DNA of 64,000 bases from an uncultured Kiritimatiellota bacterium (GCA_944391055.1 CALXSF010000004.1:16481-80480); one strand, 5' to 3'; positions 20,778 to 30,298 are shown, numbered from the stretch's first letter. Notes: a model not told the origin generated them from the sequence alone. Numbers and translations are program-made.

Positions 20778-21888
20778 GGCACACTTCCTTGAACAAGGCC
20801 TCCCAGCGGTCGGCGACGGCCTCCACGCCATAGGCGGCGGCATTCGCGCGGGCGGTCTCGGCCATCCCCGCGACCACCTCGGGATGGGCCATGAGGTCGC
20901 CGACGTCCCGCGCGAAGCCCTCGGCCTCGAACGGCGGCGCCACGACCACCCCGTTGGTGCCGCGCACGACGTCGTAGACCGCCGGGTAACTGCCAAGCGC
21001 GACAGGCACGCAGCCGGCGGCCATCGCCTCCGGCAAAACCAAGGGGAAGCCCTCGAAGTCCGAGGTCAGGAGCAGCAGCCGTGCCTGCGCGTAAAAGGGC
21101 GCGGGGTCGCGGAAGCCGTGGAAGGTCACGCGCGGGAGGCCCTGCGCCTGCGCCTCCAGCGCCGCGCGGTCGGGGCTGTCGCCCACCACCTCCAGTCGCC
21201 AATCGGGGAAGCGCGGGGCCAAGAGCCTCCAGATCGCGAGCACGCGCGAGACCCGCTTCTGCGTCTCCTCCAGCCGCCCCACGTAGAGCAGGATATTTTC
21301 TTTGGGGGCGGGCACGGGCGCGAGGGTGAGCGGGTTGCCGATGGTGCACAGACGCGGCGCGGCGGCCAGCCCCGTCATCCGCCGGAAGATCGGCTCAAAA
21401 CGTTTCGAGAGCACCACGAAGGCGTCGCTTTGCCCGTAGACCAAGCGCAGGCTCAGCCCCGAAAGCAACCTCCAGAGCCACCGCCGCAACCCCGTCGCGG
21501 CGGCGATGCGCCCGTTGTTGTCCGGGACGTTGTGCAACACGGAGACCAAGCGCACCCCAAGCCCGCGCCCGGCCCGCCGCAGGAGGCGCGTCACGCCCCA
21601 CGGCAGACACCACTGGTTCACCACAACCAGGACGCCCCGCGCCAGCAACAGCGCCCGCAGCGCCTTCTCGTTCGCCGCCGACGCCACGGGGAAGCCCAAC
21701 GCCTTCACCATGACCGAAGGCTCCAACCCTTCTAGGAGCGCGCGGTCGCCGAAGCGGAACGCCACGATCGTCACCCGCCATCCCCGTCTGGCGAACGCGT
21801 TCCCCAGCGCCGCGGTCACGCGCTCCACGCCCCCGACGTCCCAGACGCCGAGCACGAAGAGCACCCCCCGCTCATCCTCATTGGCCAT
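20770..21888 (-). CDS. GT4 family glycosyltransferase
   Basis: GGVERV N-terminus, LYVGRL...KR, TSDFEGFPLVLPEAMAAG. Confidence 0.9.
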   Translation of the reverse strand: MANEDERGVLFVLGVWDVGGVERVTAALGNAFARRGWRVTIVAFRFGDRALLEGLEPSVMVKALGFPVASAANEKALRALLLARGVLVVVNQWCLPWGVTRLLRRAGRGLGVRLVSVLHNVPDNNGRIAAATGLRRWLWRLLSGLSLRLVYGQSDAFVVLSKRFEPIFRRMTGLAAAPRLCTIGNPLTLAPVPAPKENILLYVGRLEETQKRVSRVLAIWRLLAPRFPDWRLEVVGDSPDRAALEAQAQGLPRVTFHGFRDPAPFYAQARLLLLTSDFEGFPLVLPEAMAAGCVPVALGSYPAVYDVVRGTNGVVVAPPFEAEGFARDVGDLMAHPEVVAGMAETARANAAAYGVEAVADRWEALFKEVCHD

Positions 21889-22221
21889 AATAAAGCACGC
21901 TTTCCTTTCCGTATTCCACTGAGGCCTTCGGAAGCCCACATCGATTACGTGCAAAGAAAGCGCGCCTGAACGGCGCACCTTGCAAAACACGTTGCCCGAT
22001 GTTGAAAGTTCCGAAGTTTCAGTGGAGCAACCTGTTTGCGCAAAGCGCAAGTGAAGGCGACGGCTTTCCCGTCGCGTGTCCTCATGATAGCAAATCCCCA
22101 CCCCCGCCGCAGACGTGGCGCGACGGGAAGACGGAAAGCGACACGCCGCAGTCCATGGGGACTTGCGGCGTGCCTCGAAGCGACTTACGGCGCGATCCGC
22201 GGGATGAGGCCCGCAAACACG

Positions 22222-23700
22222 TCAATCGGCGGTCTTTAAGGGGCTGAGGTGGACGCCGATGGAAAGGATGCGCGGCTCGGCGCGGCTTTCCTCAACGACG
22301 AGGCGGAGGGCGACGGCCTCGATGGGGGCCTTCAGGCGGAGGATGCGCTTGTGGCCGATGGTGGTGGCGGCGGCGATGGGCTCCCAGGCGTCGGAGCCGG
22401 GGCGTTGGGCCTCGAAGCGGAAGCGCTCGACGCGCTGGCCTTGGGTGATGTCCTCCTGCGCGACAAGGGTGTCGAAGCGGATGGGCGCGGGGAGGCGCGC
22501 CTCGGTTTGGCCGGGCCTGACCGCGCCGAGGAGGTTCTTGGAGAAAGTGTCGCGGAGGCATTGGCCGAAGGCGCGGAGGCGGGCGACGTCGTTGGCGTGG
22601 AAGAGTCCCTCGGGCGTGGGGGGGATGTTGAGGAGGAGGACGGCGTTGCGGCCGACGGAGCGGTCGTAGATGGACATCAGCTGCTCCAAGGTCTTCACCT
22701 GGCCGTCCTGGCTGGCGTGATAGAACCAGCCGGGGCGGATGGAGACGTCGCACTCGGCGGGATACCAGACCCAGCGGTCGGAGGCGAGGATGTCGTCGAG
22801 GGCGCCGAGCGTGGGGGAGTTGGCGGAGAGCTGGGCTTTGGCGAGTTGGCGCTTGGCCATGGCGGCGATGTCCTTGCCGTCGAAGTGGAAGGGGGCGAAG
22901 CCGTCGCGGACGGCGTCGTTGTTGACGGCCTCGACGGGGACGACGCTCCACTCGCTGTCGCGGGCGAGGCCGGATTCGTTGCCGACCCAGCGGACGTCCG
23001 GGCCGGAGACGGCGATGACGCACGCGGGGTTGCGGGCGCGGATGAGGGCGTAGTAGCGGGCCCAGTCGTAGACCTGCTTTTTGCCGTTGGGGCCCTCGCC
23101 GCAGGCGCCGTCGAACCAAATCTCGTCGATGGGGCCGTAGTTGTCGAAGAGCTCGGCGAGCTGGCCGACGAAGAAGTCGTTGTAGGCCTCCGTGCCGTAG
23201 GTGGGCTCGTGGCGATCCCAGGGGGAGAGGTAAAAGCCGACGCGGAGGCCCTCGGCGCGGCAGGCGTCCGCGAACTCGCGGCAGACGTCGCCCTGGCCGC
23301 CCTTCCATGGGGAGGCGGCGACGGTGTGCTTGGTGAGTTTGCTGGGCCAGAGGCAGAAGCCGTCGTGGTGCTTGGCGGTGAGGATGGCGAGGCGGAAGCC
23401 GGCCTCCTTGAGGGCGCGGGCCCATTGGCGGCAGTCGAGCGCGGTGGGGTTGAAGAGGGCGGGGCTCTCGGCGCCCGTACCCCACTCGCGGTCGGTGAAG
23501 GTGTTGATGCCGAAGTGGACGAAGGCGGTGAGCTCCAGCCGCTGCCACGCCACTTGGCGCGGGGCGGGGCGGACCTGCGCCGCTTGGGCGACGCGCGCGC
23601 GTTCGGCGGGGGAAAGGTCGGCCATCGTGGTCGTGGCCGCGGCGGACGCGGTCAGGGTGAGGGCGAGGACGACGGAAAGCAAAAGTCTGTCTGTGTTCAT
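22222..23700 (-). CDS. GH29 alpha-L-fucosidase, secreted
   Basis: AFVHFGINTFTDREWG, LTAKHHDGFCLW, YLSPWDR, WFDGACG, RWVGNE, ECDVSIRPGWFYH, LLLNIPP. Confidence 0.93.
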   Translation of the reverse strand: MNTDRLLLSVVLALTLTASAAATTTMADLSPAERARVAQAAQVRPAPRQVAWQRLELTAFVHFGINTFTDREWGTGAESPALFNPTALDCRQWARALKEAGFRLAILTAKHHDGFCLWPSKLTKHTVAASPWKGGQGDVCREFADACRAEGLRVGFYLSPWDRHEPTYGTEAYNDFFVGQLAELFDNYGPIDEIWFDGACGEGPNGKKQVYDWARYYALIRARNPACVIAVSGPDVRWVGNESGLARDSEWSVVPVEAVNNDAVRDGFAPFHFDGKDIAAMAKRQLAKAQLSANSPTLGALDDILASDRWVWYPAECDVSIRPGWFYHASQDGQVKTLEQLMSIYDRSVGRNAVLLLNIPPTPEGLFHANDVARLRAFGQCLRDTFSKNLLGAVRPGQTEARLPAPIRFDTLVAQEDITQGQRVERFRFEAQRPGSDAWEPIAAATTIGHKRILRLKAPIEAVALRLVVEESRAEPRILSIGVHLSPLKTAD

Positions 23701-23861
23701 GCGCCCATATTTTAGTCCCCGGCGCGGAATACGCGAGGCCAATACACGGCGTTGGCGTTGCTGCGTACCGGCGTAGACAGGCACGGGGGCACGCCGCTTT
23801 CTCCTTCCCGCGCCCCTGCCCTTTGTGGATAATAGGCGCCGAACCCAACCAAAGGAACCCC

Positions 23862-24995
23862 ATGAGGCCCATCCTGCCACTCCTGTCGCTTCTCGTCGCC
23901 CTGCCCGTCCTCGCCGCGCCCGGCCCCCGCCAAACGCAGATCCGCCCCGGCGAGCTGTGGGAGGACGCCAACGGCAACCACATCAACGCCCACGGCGGCG
24001 GCCTGCTCCTGCACGAGGGCCGCGTCTGGTGGTTCGGCGAGCACAAGGTGCCCGGGACCGCCGGCAACCAGGCCTGGGTGGGCGTCCACTGCTATTCCTC
24101 GCCCGCCGACGACTTGGTGAACTGGCGCGACGAAGGCATCGCCCTGCGCGTCTCCGACGACCCGAAGAGCTACATCGCCAAAGGCTGCATCCTCGAACGC
24201 CCCAAAGTGGTCTACAACGCCAAGACGGGCAAGTTCGTCATGTGGTTCCATCTCGAGCTCAAAGGGCAGGGCTACGCCGCCGCCCGCTACGGCGTGGCCG
24301 TGGCCGACCGGGTCGAGGGCCCCTATACCTTCCTCCGATCCGGGCGCGTCAACCCCGGCGTCTGGGCGCAGAACATCCCCGCCGAGAAGCGCACCCTTGC
24401 CGACGCCCCGGCGGCCAAGCGCCTCTCCTCCAGCGCCTTCCCGGAGGGCATGGACAAGGCGGCGATCTATTACCGCGACTTCGCGGGCGGCCAGATGGCG
24501 CGGGACATGACGATCTTCGTGGACGACGACGGCGTCGCCTACCACATCTACGCCTCCGAGGACAACGGGACGCTCCAGATCGCCGAGCTCGACGACACCT
24601 ACACCCGCCACACCGGCCGCTACGCCCGCCTCTTCGAGGGCCGCTTCATGGAGGCCCCCGCCCTCTTCAAGAAGGACGGCAAATACTGGTTCATCGGCTC
24701 GGGCTGCACCGGCTGGGCCCCCAACGCTGCGCGCTCCGCCGTCGCCGACTCCATCTGGGGCCCCTGGACCGAACTGGGCAACCCCGCCCGCGGCGAGAAC
24801 GCGGGCAAGACCCACTTCTCGCAAAGCACCTATGTGCTGCCGGTCCCCGCGAAACCCGGCCGCTTCATCTTCTGCGCCGACCGCTGGAACCCCAAAAACC
24901 AAATCGACAGCCGCTATATTTGGCTCCCCATCGAGTGGGAGGACGGCAAGCCCGTCCTCAACTGGAAGGACGCCTGGTCCCCCGCCGACCTCTGA
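23862..24995 (+). CDS. GH43 glycoside hydrolase (GH43_24-like, exo-beta-galactanase type)
   Basis: Signal peptide; INAHGGG, ILERPKV, ARDMTIFVDDDG, EAPA, SGCTGWAPN, SQST, ADRW, YIWLP. Confidence 0.87.
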   Translation: MRPILPLLSLLVALPVLAAPGPRQTQIRPGELWEDANGNHINAHGGGLLLHEGRVWWFGEHKVPGTAGNQAWVGVHCYSSPADDLVNWRDEGIALRVSDDPKSYIAKGCILERPKVVYNAKTGKFVMWFHLELKGQGYAAARYGVAVADRVEGPYTFLRSGRVNPGVWAQNIPAEKRTLADAPAAKRLSSSAFPEGMDKAAIYYRDFAGGQMARDMTIFVDDDGVAYHIYASEDNGTLQIAELDDTYTRHTGRYARLFEGRFMEAPALFKKDGKYWFIGSGCTGWAPNAARSAVADSIWGPWTELGNPARGENAGKTHFSQSTYVLPVPAKPGRFIFCADRWNPKNQIDSRYIWLPIEWEDGKPVLNWKDAWSPADL

Positions 24996-25019
24996 GGTCG
25001 GCGCGCGGCCGCCGCCCCC

Positions 25020-26045
25020 TCAGCCCAAACGAAACCGAATCAGCGTGTCCGCCCCGAGCGCCTCCCGCGCGAAGGGCGTCAGCGTGAGCGCCCGCGCCAG
25101 CGGGCGCGGCGCGATGACCAGCCCCCGGCGCGCCGCCGGGTCGCCCAAAATCTTCGGCGCGTAAAGCACATCCAGCTCGTCGACCAACCCCGCGTCCAGC
25201 AACGCCCCCGCCAAGACCCCGCCGCCCTCGCACAGCACGTCGTTCACGCCGCGCGCACAAAGAGCGCGAAGCATCGCGCGGAGGTCGCACCCGTCGTAAC
25301 CCAGATCGCGCGTGGCCACCAACGTCCGCGCGTCCACGTCCGCCGCGTCCGGCGGCGTGCCGCGATCCACCAACACGCGCCACTTTCGCGGGGCGTCCGG
25401 GAGATGGGGCTGCAAACTCGGGTGGTCGGCCCGGACCGTGCCCGCGCCCACCATCACCGCGTCCACCCGCGCGCGGAGACGCTGCACCCACGCCCGCGCC
25501 TCCGGCCCCGTGACCCAGCGCGACGCGCCCGCGCCGTCGGCGATGAAGCCGTCGAGGGTCATCGCCAATTTCAGCCGCACATACGGCAACCCCTGCGTGA
25601 TCGCCTTGGCGAAGGGCGCGATGAGCGCGCGGCAGCGCGCCGCGGCCTCCCCCTCCGCCACCGTGACGGCGATGCCCGCCCCGCGCAGCAGCCCCACCGC
25701 CCGCCCCGCGTGGCGCGGGTTGGGGTCCAGGCAACCGATCACCACCCGCCCCAGGCGCTTGGCGCGGATCAGGTCGCAGCACGGCGGCGTTCGCCCCGTC
25801 GTCGAGCACGGCTCCAGCGACACATAGAGCGTGGCCCCCGCCGGATCCTCCGAGCAGGCCGCCAGGCAATTCACCTCCGCGTGCGGGCCGCCCGCGCGCA
25901 GGTGCGCGCCCTCGCCCAACACGCGCCCCGCGCGGACGCAGACCGCGCCCACCGCCGGGTTCGGCGCCGTGCGGCCCACCTGGGCCTCGGCCAACGCCGC
26001 CGCGCGCGCCAGCCAGCGGGCGTCCTCCGCCTCGGGCTCAGTCAT
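25020..26045 (-). CDS. ribD: Riboflavin biosynthesis deaminase/reductase
   Basis: PNPAVG, HAE, LEPCS...TPPCC, KLAMTLDG, VGAGTVRAD, EGGG. Confidence 0.93.
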   Translation of the reverse strand: MTEPEAEDARWLARAAALAEAQVGRTAPNPAVGAVCVRAGRVLGEGAHLRAGGPHAEVNCLAACSEDPAGATLYVSLEPCSTTGRTPPCCDLIRAKRLGRVVIGCLDPNPRHAGRAVGLLRGAGIAVTVAEGEAAARCRALIAPFAKAITQGLPYVRLKLAMTLDGFIADGAGASRWVTGPEARAWVQRLRARVDAVMVGAGTVRADHPSLQPHLPDAPRKWRVLVDRGTPPDAADVDARTLVATRDLGYDGCDLRAMLRALCARGVNDVLCEGGGVLAGALLDAGLVDELDVLYAPKILGDPAARRGLVIAPRPLARALTLTPFAREALGADTLIRFRLG

Positions 26046-26199
26046 ACTGATCCACCAGCGACGACGGCAACGCGCCGGTCGCCTCTGCCCGCGAAGGCTG
26101 GTTCCACGGGATGTCCGACCGCCTGGTGGCGATGCTCTGGTTCACGCACCCGCAAACCGCCATCGCGCCAAGCCCCAACAACATCAGTAGCGTTTTCAT
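26038..26199 (-). CDS. Small putative lipoprotein (53 aa)
   Basis: MKTLLMLLGLGAMAVCGC lipobox followed by SDIPWNQPS; stop overlaps the ribD start; upstream extended -10 TGTGCTATGAT. Confidence 0.65.
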   Translation of the reverse strand: MKTLLMLLGLGAMAVCGCVNQSIATRRSDIPWNQPSRAEATGALPSSLVDQYD

Positions 26200-26387
26200 G
26201 GCCGTATCATAGCACATCCCCCACCCCGCCTTTTGGGAAATCGCCAAAACGCCGCCGCCCATGAATCAATAAGTCCTCAGACTCCTATTCACTCACGCCT
26301 CGCTTCCCATCACCGTAGTTATAGATTTTTATCGGGAATCAAACAAAACAATTGTTTTCCGCAAAACGGTTGTGTTATAATAAGCAC

Positions 26388-26484
26388 GTTAGTCAGACAT
26401 CTCCTACACACACAGACACAGACACAACCCCACCCAATAAGATATAATCCAACCCAGCCGGACTTCGTTCGGCTGGGTCTTTTC
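26388..26484 (+). ncRNA. Candidate small RNA (~100 nt)
   Basis: Extended -10 TGtTATAAT (26373-26381) and TTGTTT -35 upstream; terminator ACCCAGCCG/CGGCTGGGT + CTTTT (26452-26484); no ATG-initiated ORF between them; both flanking genes are on the opposite strand. Confidence 0.5.
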
Positions 26485-26558
26485 TATTCAACAGTCATCA
26501 AAATGACTGTCGGCGTCAAAACGATTCTGTGCGTGTGGAAGGGGGCGGAGAGGCGTGT

Positions 26559-27182
26559 TCAGTCTTGAAGGAGATGCTGCCCCGCATCGACATAAAGAAT
26601 CTGCCCGGTGACGGATGGCGTGCGAAGCAGGAATGCCACCGCCGAATGAATGTCGATCACGGAGGGGCGAGGCGTAAGACAGGGGCCGGCCTTTTCGCGA
26701 TGGTCGGGGTTGGGAGGGGGCAGAACCGGGCCCGGAGCGATGGCATTCACCCGTGTGCCGGTTTTTCGGCCCCAGCATCGTGCCGCGGCAAGCGTCCAAT
26801 GCGCCAAACGGCGTTTGCTCGCCAAGTAAGCGCGAATCGGGGGAGGCAACGCCGTTTTCGGCCTCCCAATTCTGGAATCCAGAAAGGTGATGATGTGGGC
26901 GTATGGGAAACGGCCATGAATGGCGTTGGCCACGCGAGCGGGGCCCAATGCGTTGACCTGAACCATACGCGCGAAAGCGGCATTCAATTCGAAGCACCCG
27001 GCTAGGATCAACGCGGCATCGCAAGTGGTCAATTGGGAAACCGCATCGCTGGGGGCGTATGTCGGCGCCAAGAAATCACCGTACTCGTTGCGGGAGAGTA
27101 CGGTGACCTGATGGCCTTCCGACTGAAGCATTGGGAGCAATCCAATGCCAATGCGTCCTGGGCCGACCAACGTTAGATGCAT
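26559..27182 (-). CDS. Short-chain dehydrogenase/reductase (pteridine reductase/FolM-like, divergent)
   Basis: GPGRIG, VNALGP, YLASK (YxxxK), VNAIAPGPVL, TGQILYVDAG. Confidence 0.75.
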   Translation of the reverse strand: MHLTLVGPGRIGIGLLPMLQSEGHQVTVLSRNEYGDFLAPTYAPSDAVSQLTTCDAALILAGCFELNAAFARMVQVNALGPARVANAIHGRFPYAHIITFLDSRIGRPKTALPPPIRAYLASKRRLAHWTLAAARCWGRKTGTRVNAIAPGPVLPPPNPDHREKAGPCLTPRPSVIDIHSAVAFLLRTPSVTGQILYVDAGQHLLQD

Positions 27183-27322
27183 TCGTTGTTGTTATAAGGG
27201 CAAGGCGATTGGGGATGTGCCACACCACCCCTTGCCGTTTCCGTTACGATCAACGCCCCACGCTTGCCTGCATCACATCAATCCTATGCGGCAGAGGTGA
27301 TAGCAAGCCGGACAAAATCCCG

Positions 27323-28027
27323 TTAGAGCTGTGTAGGGTGAAGGCCTGTCACTGGGGGCGTGGAACTGAGGCCCAAAGTCGGCTTGGCCTCCCCTGAACG
27401 CGTTGGGCTCAGCCCGGCGGCGGGTTTGGCGTTCGCGCTCTCGGCCACGGCGGACTTGCGCGCCCCGCCTTTGGAGGATTTCGGGGCCAACAATGCCGAA
27501 AGATCGCGTCCGACAAGTTTGGGAGCCTGCTCAACGGAGGTTTTCTCCGCGCACATCTCAATGACGCGCTCGATCATCTCCACCCCCAACTCACGGTGGG
27601 CGTTTTCGCGCCCGCGGAACTTGAGGGAGATTTTAACCTTGTTGCCCTGCTCGATGAAACCAAGGATTTCCTTGACCTTGCGGGTAAGATCGCCGACATC
27701 GGTCCCGGAATGGAACTTAATCTCCTTGACCTGAGTGGCCTTGGCGTTCTTACGGGCCTGTTTCTGACGAATGCTTTCCTCGTACCGAAACTTCCCGTAA
27801 TCCATGATTTTGCAGAGGGGCGGCTGGGCGGTGGGGGTGATCTCCACCAAATCCAAGCCTGCCGAATCGGCAAGCGCCTGTGCCTTGCGGGTGGGCATCA
27901 CACCGAGCATTTTCCCGGTGGCGTCAACCACACGCACCTCAGGCACGCGAATTTTGAAGTTTGTGCGGATGAACGACGCGTTCTTGCGGCTGTTCTGGTC
28001 TTGCCGGGGTTTGGGGATAAGTGCCAA
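27323..28027 (-). CDS. infC: Translation initiation factor IF-3
   Basis: IRVPEVRVV, LDLVEI, CKIMDYGKFRY, KEIKF, FRGRE; TTG start 8 nt after AAGGAG; low-complexity C-terminal tail. Confidence 0.95.
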   Translation of the reverse strand: MALIPKPRQDQNSRKNASFIRTNFKIRVPEVRVVDATGKMLGVMPTRKAQALADSAGLDLVEITPTAQPPLCKIMDYGKFRYEESIRQKQARKNAKATQVKEIKFHSGTDVGDLTRKVKEILGFIEQGNKVKISLKFRGRENAHRELGVEMIERVIEMCAEKTSVEQAPKLVGRDLSALLAPKSSKGGARKSAVAESANAKPAAGLSPTRSGEAKPTLGLSSTPPVTGLHPTQL

Positions 28028-28053
28028 GGCGGCAACTCCTTTTCGGTTTGTTC

Positions 28054-29796
28054 TCAGGGTTTTTCGGCGGTCTCTTCACGGACCAACGCGATGAAAGCTT
28101 CCGGTGTCATGGTTCCCAAGTCCCCGGCCTCGCGACTGCGCACCGCGACGACGCCGGCCTCTGCCTCACGGCCGCCGATGACAAGCATATACGGGATCTT
28201 GGACAAGGTGGCCCTGCGAATCTTGGCGCCGATTTTGTCACCCGACCAATCGCCCTCGCAACGGAGTTCGGCCGCTTGCAGTTTGGCGAGGATCGCCTTA
28301 GCCGCAGGGAGCTGGGCGTCGGTGATGTTGAGCACTTTTGCTTGAACGGGGGCGAGCCATGTCGGGAAAGCGCCCGCATAATGCTCGATGAGAATGCCAA
28401 AAAAGCGTTCCAACGAGCCGAGCAGGGCACGATGCACCATATAGGGCTGATGTTCCTTGCCATCCTCCCCCGTGTACGTGAGGTGGAAACGCTCGGGAAG
28501 ATTGAAATCGAACTGAATCGTGCCCAATTGCCATTCACGGCCCAAGGCATCTTTGATTTTCATGTCGATTTTGGGGCCGTAGAATGCGCCGCCGCCTTCG
28601 TCGACCTCATAGGCGAGGCCCTCCGCCTCCAACGCCTGGCGCAGGGAAGCCGTGGCCTGATTCCACTTTGCGGGATCGCCGACCGCCTTTTCCGGCTTGG
28701 TGGAAAGATAGGCAGAAATGTCGGTAAAGCCAAAACGCCGCAATATCTTGAGGCAAAAACGCACGGTGAAGCGGATTTCGTCCTCGATGGTTTCGGGCGC
28801 GCAGAAAATGTGCGCGTCGTCTTGCGTGAATCCGCGAACCCGGAAAAGGCCGTGGCGCACGCCATCCTTCTCGTACCGATAAACCGTCCCCAACTCCGCC
28901 CACCGCAAAGGCAAATCGCGATAACTGTATTTCTTGAAAAGGTAAGCCTGAATATGGAAAGGACAATTCATCGGCTTGACATAATAGGTTTCGTGCGAGA
29001 CCCTGTCGCCGTCCCCCTCCGTTACATCCATCGCCGGGAACATGCTGTCTTTATAGAACCCCAAGTGCCCGGATGTCTCCCACAGGTTCGACCGTCCGAT
29101 ATGGGGCGTAAACAACATCTCGTAACCGTGGCGAAAATGTTCCCGCCGCCAATAATCCTCGATGGCCACCCGGATGCGCGCCCCCTTCGGCAGCCAATGC
29201 GCCAACCCCGGCCCAACACTTTCGGTGATCGTAAAGAGCTCAAGCTCCTTGCCGAGTTTGCGATGGTCGCGCCGTTTGGCCTCCTCGATACGTTGCACGA
29301 TCGCATCCAATTCCTTCTGCGAAGAGGCCGCGATGCCATAAAGGCGCTGAAGCATTTTGTTATGCTCGTCCCCACGATAATAACTGCCAGCCACGCTCAC
29401 CAATTTCACCGCCCCCACGCAGCCGCTGTGCGGCACATGCGGCCCCCGGCACAAATCCACGTAGTCGCCGGTTCTGTAGATGGAGATTGGCTCCCCCTCC
29501 GGGATGTCCGCCAAACGCTCCAACTTATAAGGCTGGTCCTTGAAAAGCTCCTGCGCCTCCTCCCGCGTCAACTCTTCACGCACGAAAGGCAGCTTCGCCC
29601 CGATCAGTTTGCGAACGGCCTTCTCGATCGCCGGGAAATCCTCCGCGCTCAGACGGTGATCCAAGTCAAAATCATAATAAAAACCATCGTCGGTCGCCGG
29701 CCCAATATCAATCTTTACATCGTCAAACAACGAACACACCGCAGACGCCACCAAATGCGCCGCGCTATGTCGGATTTCCTCAATCGTCACACTCAT
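28054..29796 (-). CDS. thrS: Threonine--tRNA ligase
   Basis: RHSAAHL, DLCRGPH, RDHRKLG, KPMNCP, RVRGFTQDDAH, AFYGPKID, HRALLGSLERF. Confidence 0.97.
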   Translation of the reverse strand: MSVTIEEIRHSAAHLVASAVCSLFDDVKIDIGPATDDGFYYDFDLDHRLSAEDFPAIEKAVRKLIGAKLPFVREELTREEAQELFKDQPYKLERLADIPEGEPISIYRTGDYVDLCRGPHVPHSGCVGAVKLVSVAGSYYRGDEHNKMLQRLYGIAASSQKELDAIVQRIEEAKRRDHRKLGKELELFTITESVGPGLAHWLPKGARIRVAIEDYWRREHFRHGYEMLFTPHIGRSNLWETSGHLGFYKDSMFPAMDVTEGDGDRVSHETYYVKPMNCPFHIQAYLFKKYSYRDLPLRWAELGTVYRYEKDGVRHGLFRVRGFTQDDAHIFCAPETIEDEIRFTVRFCLKILRRFGFTDISAYLSTKPEKAVGDPAKWNQATASLRQALEAEGLAYEVDEGGGAFYGPKIDMKIKDALGREWQLGTIQFDFNLPERFHLTYTGEDGKEHQPYMVHRALLGSLERFFGILIEHYAGAFPTWLAPVQAKVLNITDAQLPAAKAILAKLQAAELRCEGDWSGDKIGAKIRRATLSKIPYMLVIGGREAEAGVVAVRSREAGDLGTMTPEAFIALVREETAEKP

Positions 29797-29820
29797 GTCT
29801 GCTCCTTGAAATCTCCCACT

Positions 29821-29849
29821 ATTATATCCGATTCCCTCACGCAACGCAA
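29821..29849 (-). promoter_or_regulatory. Sigma70 promoter of thrS-infC
   Basis: Minus strand TTGCGT, 17 bp, TATAAT; SD AAGGAG before the thrS ATG. Confidence 0.7.
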
Positions 29850-30280
29850 AAGAATGAATCCTCCGCAATGCGATGGCACGTTGTAAGATTAGGCCGTGAA
29901 TTTTCCAAGAGGAAGCGAAAGGCCCCTAGGCCCCCCCTAGGGGGGCCGGCCGCGAACCGGAACGAAAAAGGAGATATTTTAGACGAATGCGTATCAGTGA
30001 TTCCCATTGCTGGGGAGAGTGCGGGGATACGATAGGCGAGGATTTCGTAGCGTTCGTCTCGCCGCTTCTCCAGGTCTTGGTCGGGGGACAGCATCGCTGG
30101 CGTCGCACTGAAGACCGGCGCTTGCCTCAGAATAAGGCGGCCAGCCGCGTTCGTGACGATGGCGTTGGCCTCTTGGGCGCTATAAAGGGGGACCACCTTC
30201 TCCTCCCCAGATGAGGCGTCGGAAACCCATTTCTCCGCAAACGCCCATCCGCCGTCAGCCGTTCCGAAGACGACGTTCAT
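29837..30280 (-). pseudogene. Truncated orphan C-terminal cassette (copy C) of the 1954-aa hydrolase
   Basis: NVVFGTADGGWAF...YRIPALSPAMG matches the big gene, but the tip lacks WLHSDIKN and runs into the thrS promoter region. Confidence 0.75.
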
Positions 30281-30286
30281 ACCCTT
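30003..30286. repeat. ~284-bp direct repeat, copy C
   Basis: Matches 31493-31776 and 32984-33267, with a divergent patch at about 30058-30100. Confidence 0.93.
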
Positions 30287-30298
30287 TTATGGTGCATA

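Noticed and set aside
21981-21998. Sigma-54 promoter upstream of the GT4 gene (GGCAACGTGTTTTGC)
   Set aside because: GG-to-GC spacing is 11 rather than the required 10 nt.
26382-26410. Minus-strand mini-ORF AGGAG-ATG TCT GAC TAA
   Set aside because: Three codons with zero SD spacing; the plus-strand promoter and terminator explain the region better.
29797-29890. T-box or long translational operator upstream of thrS
   Set aside because: A consensus promoter lies only ~25 bp from the start codon, leaving no room, and no T-box motif is visible.
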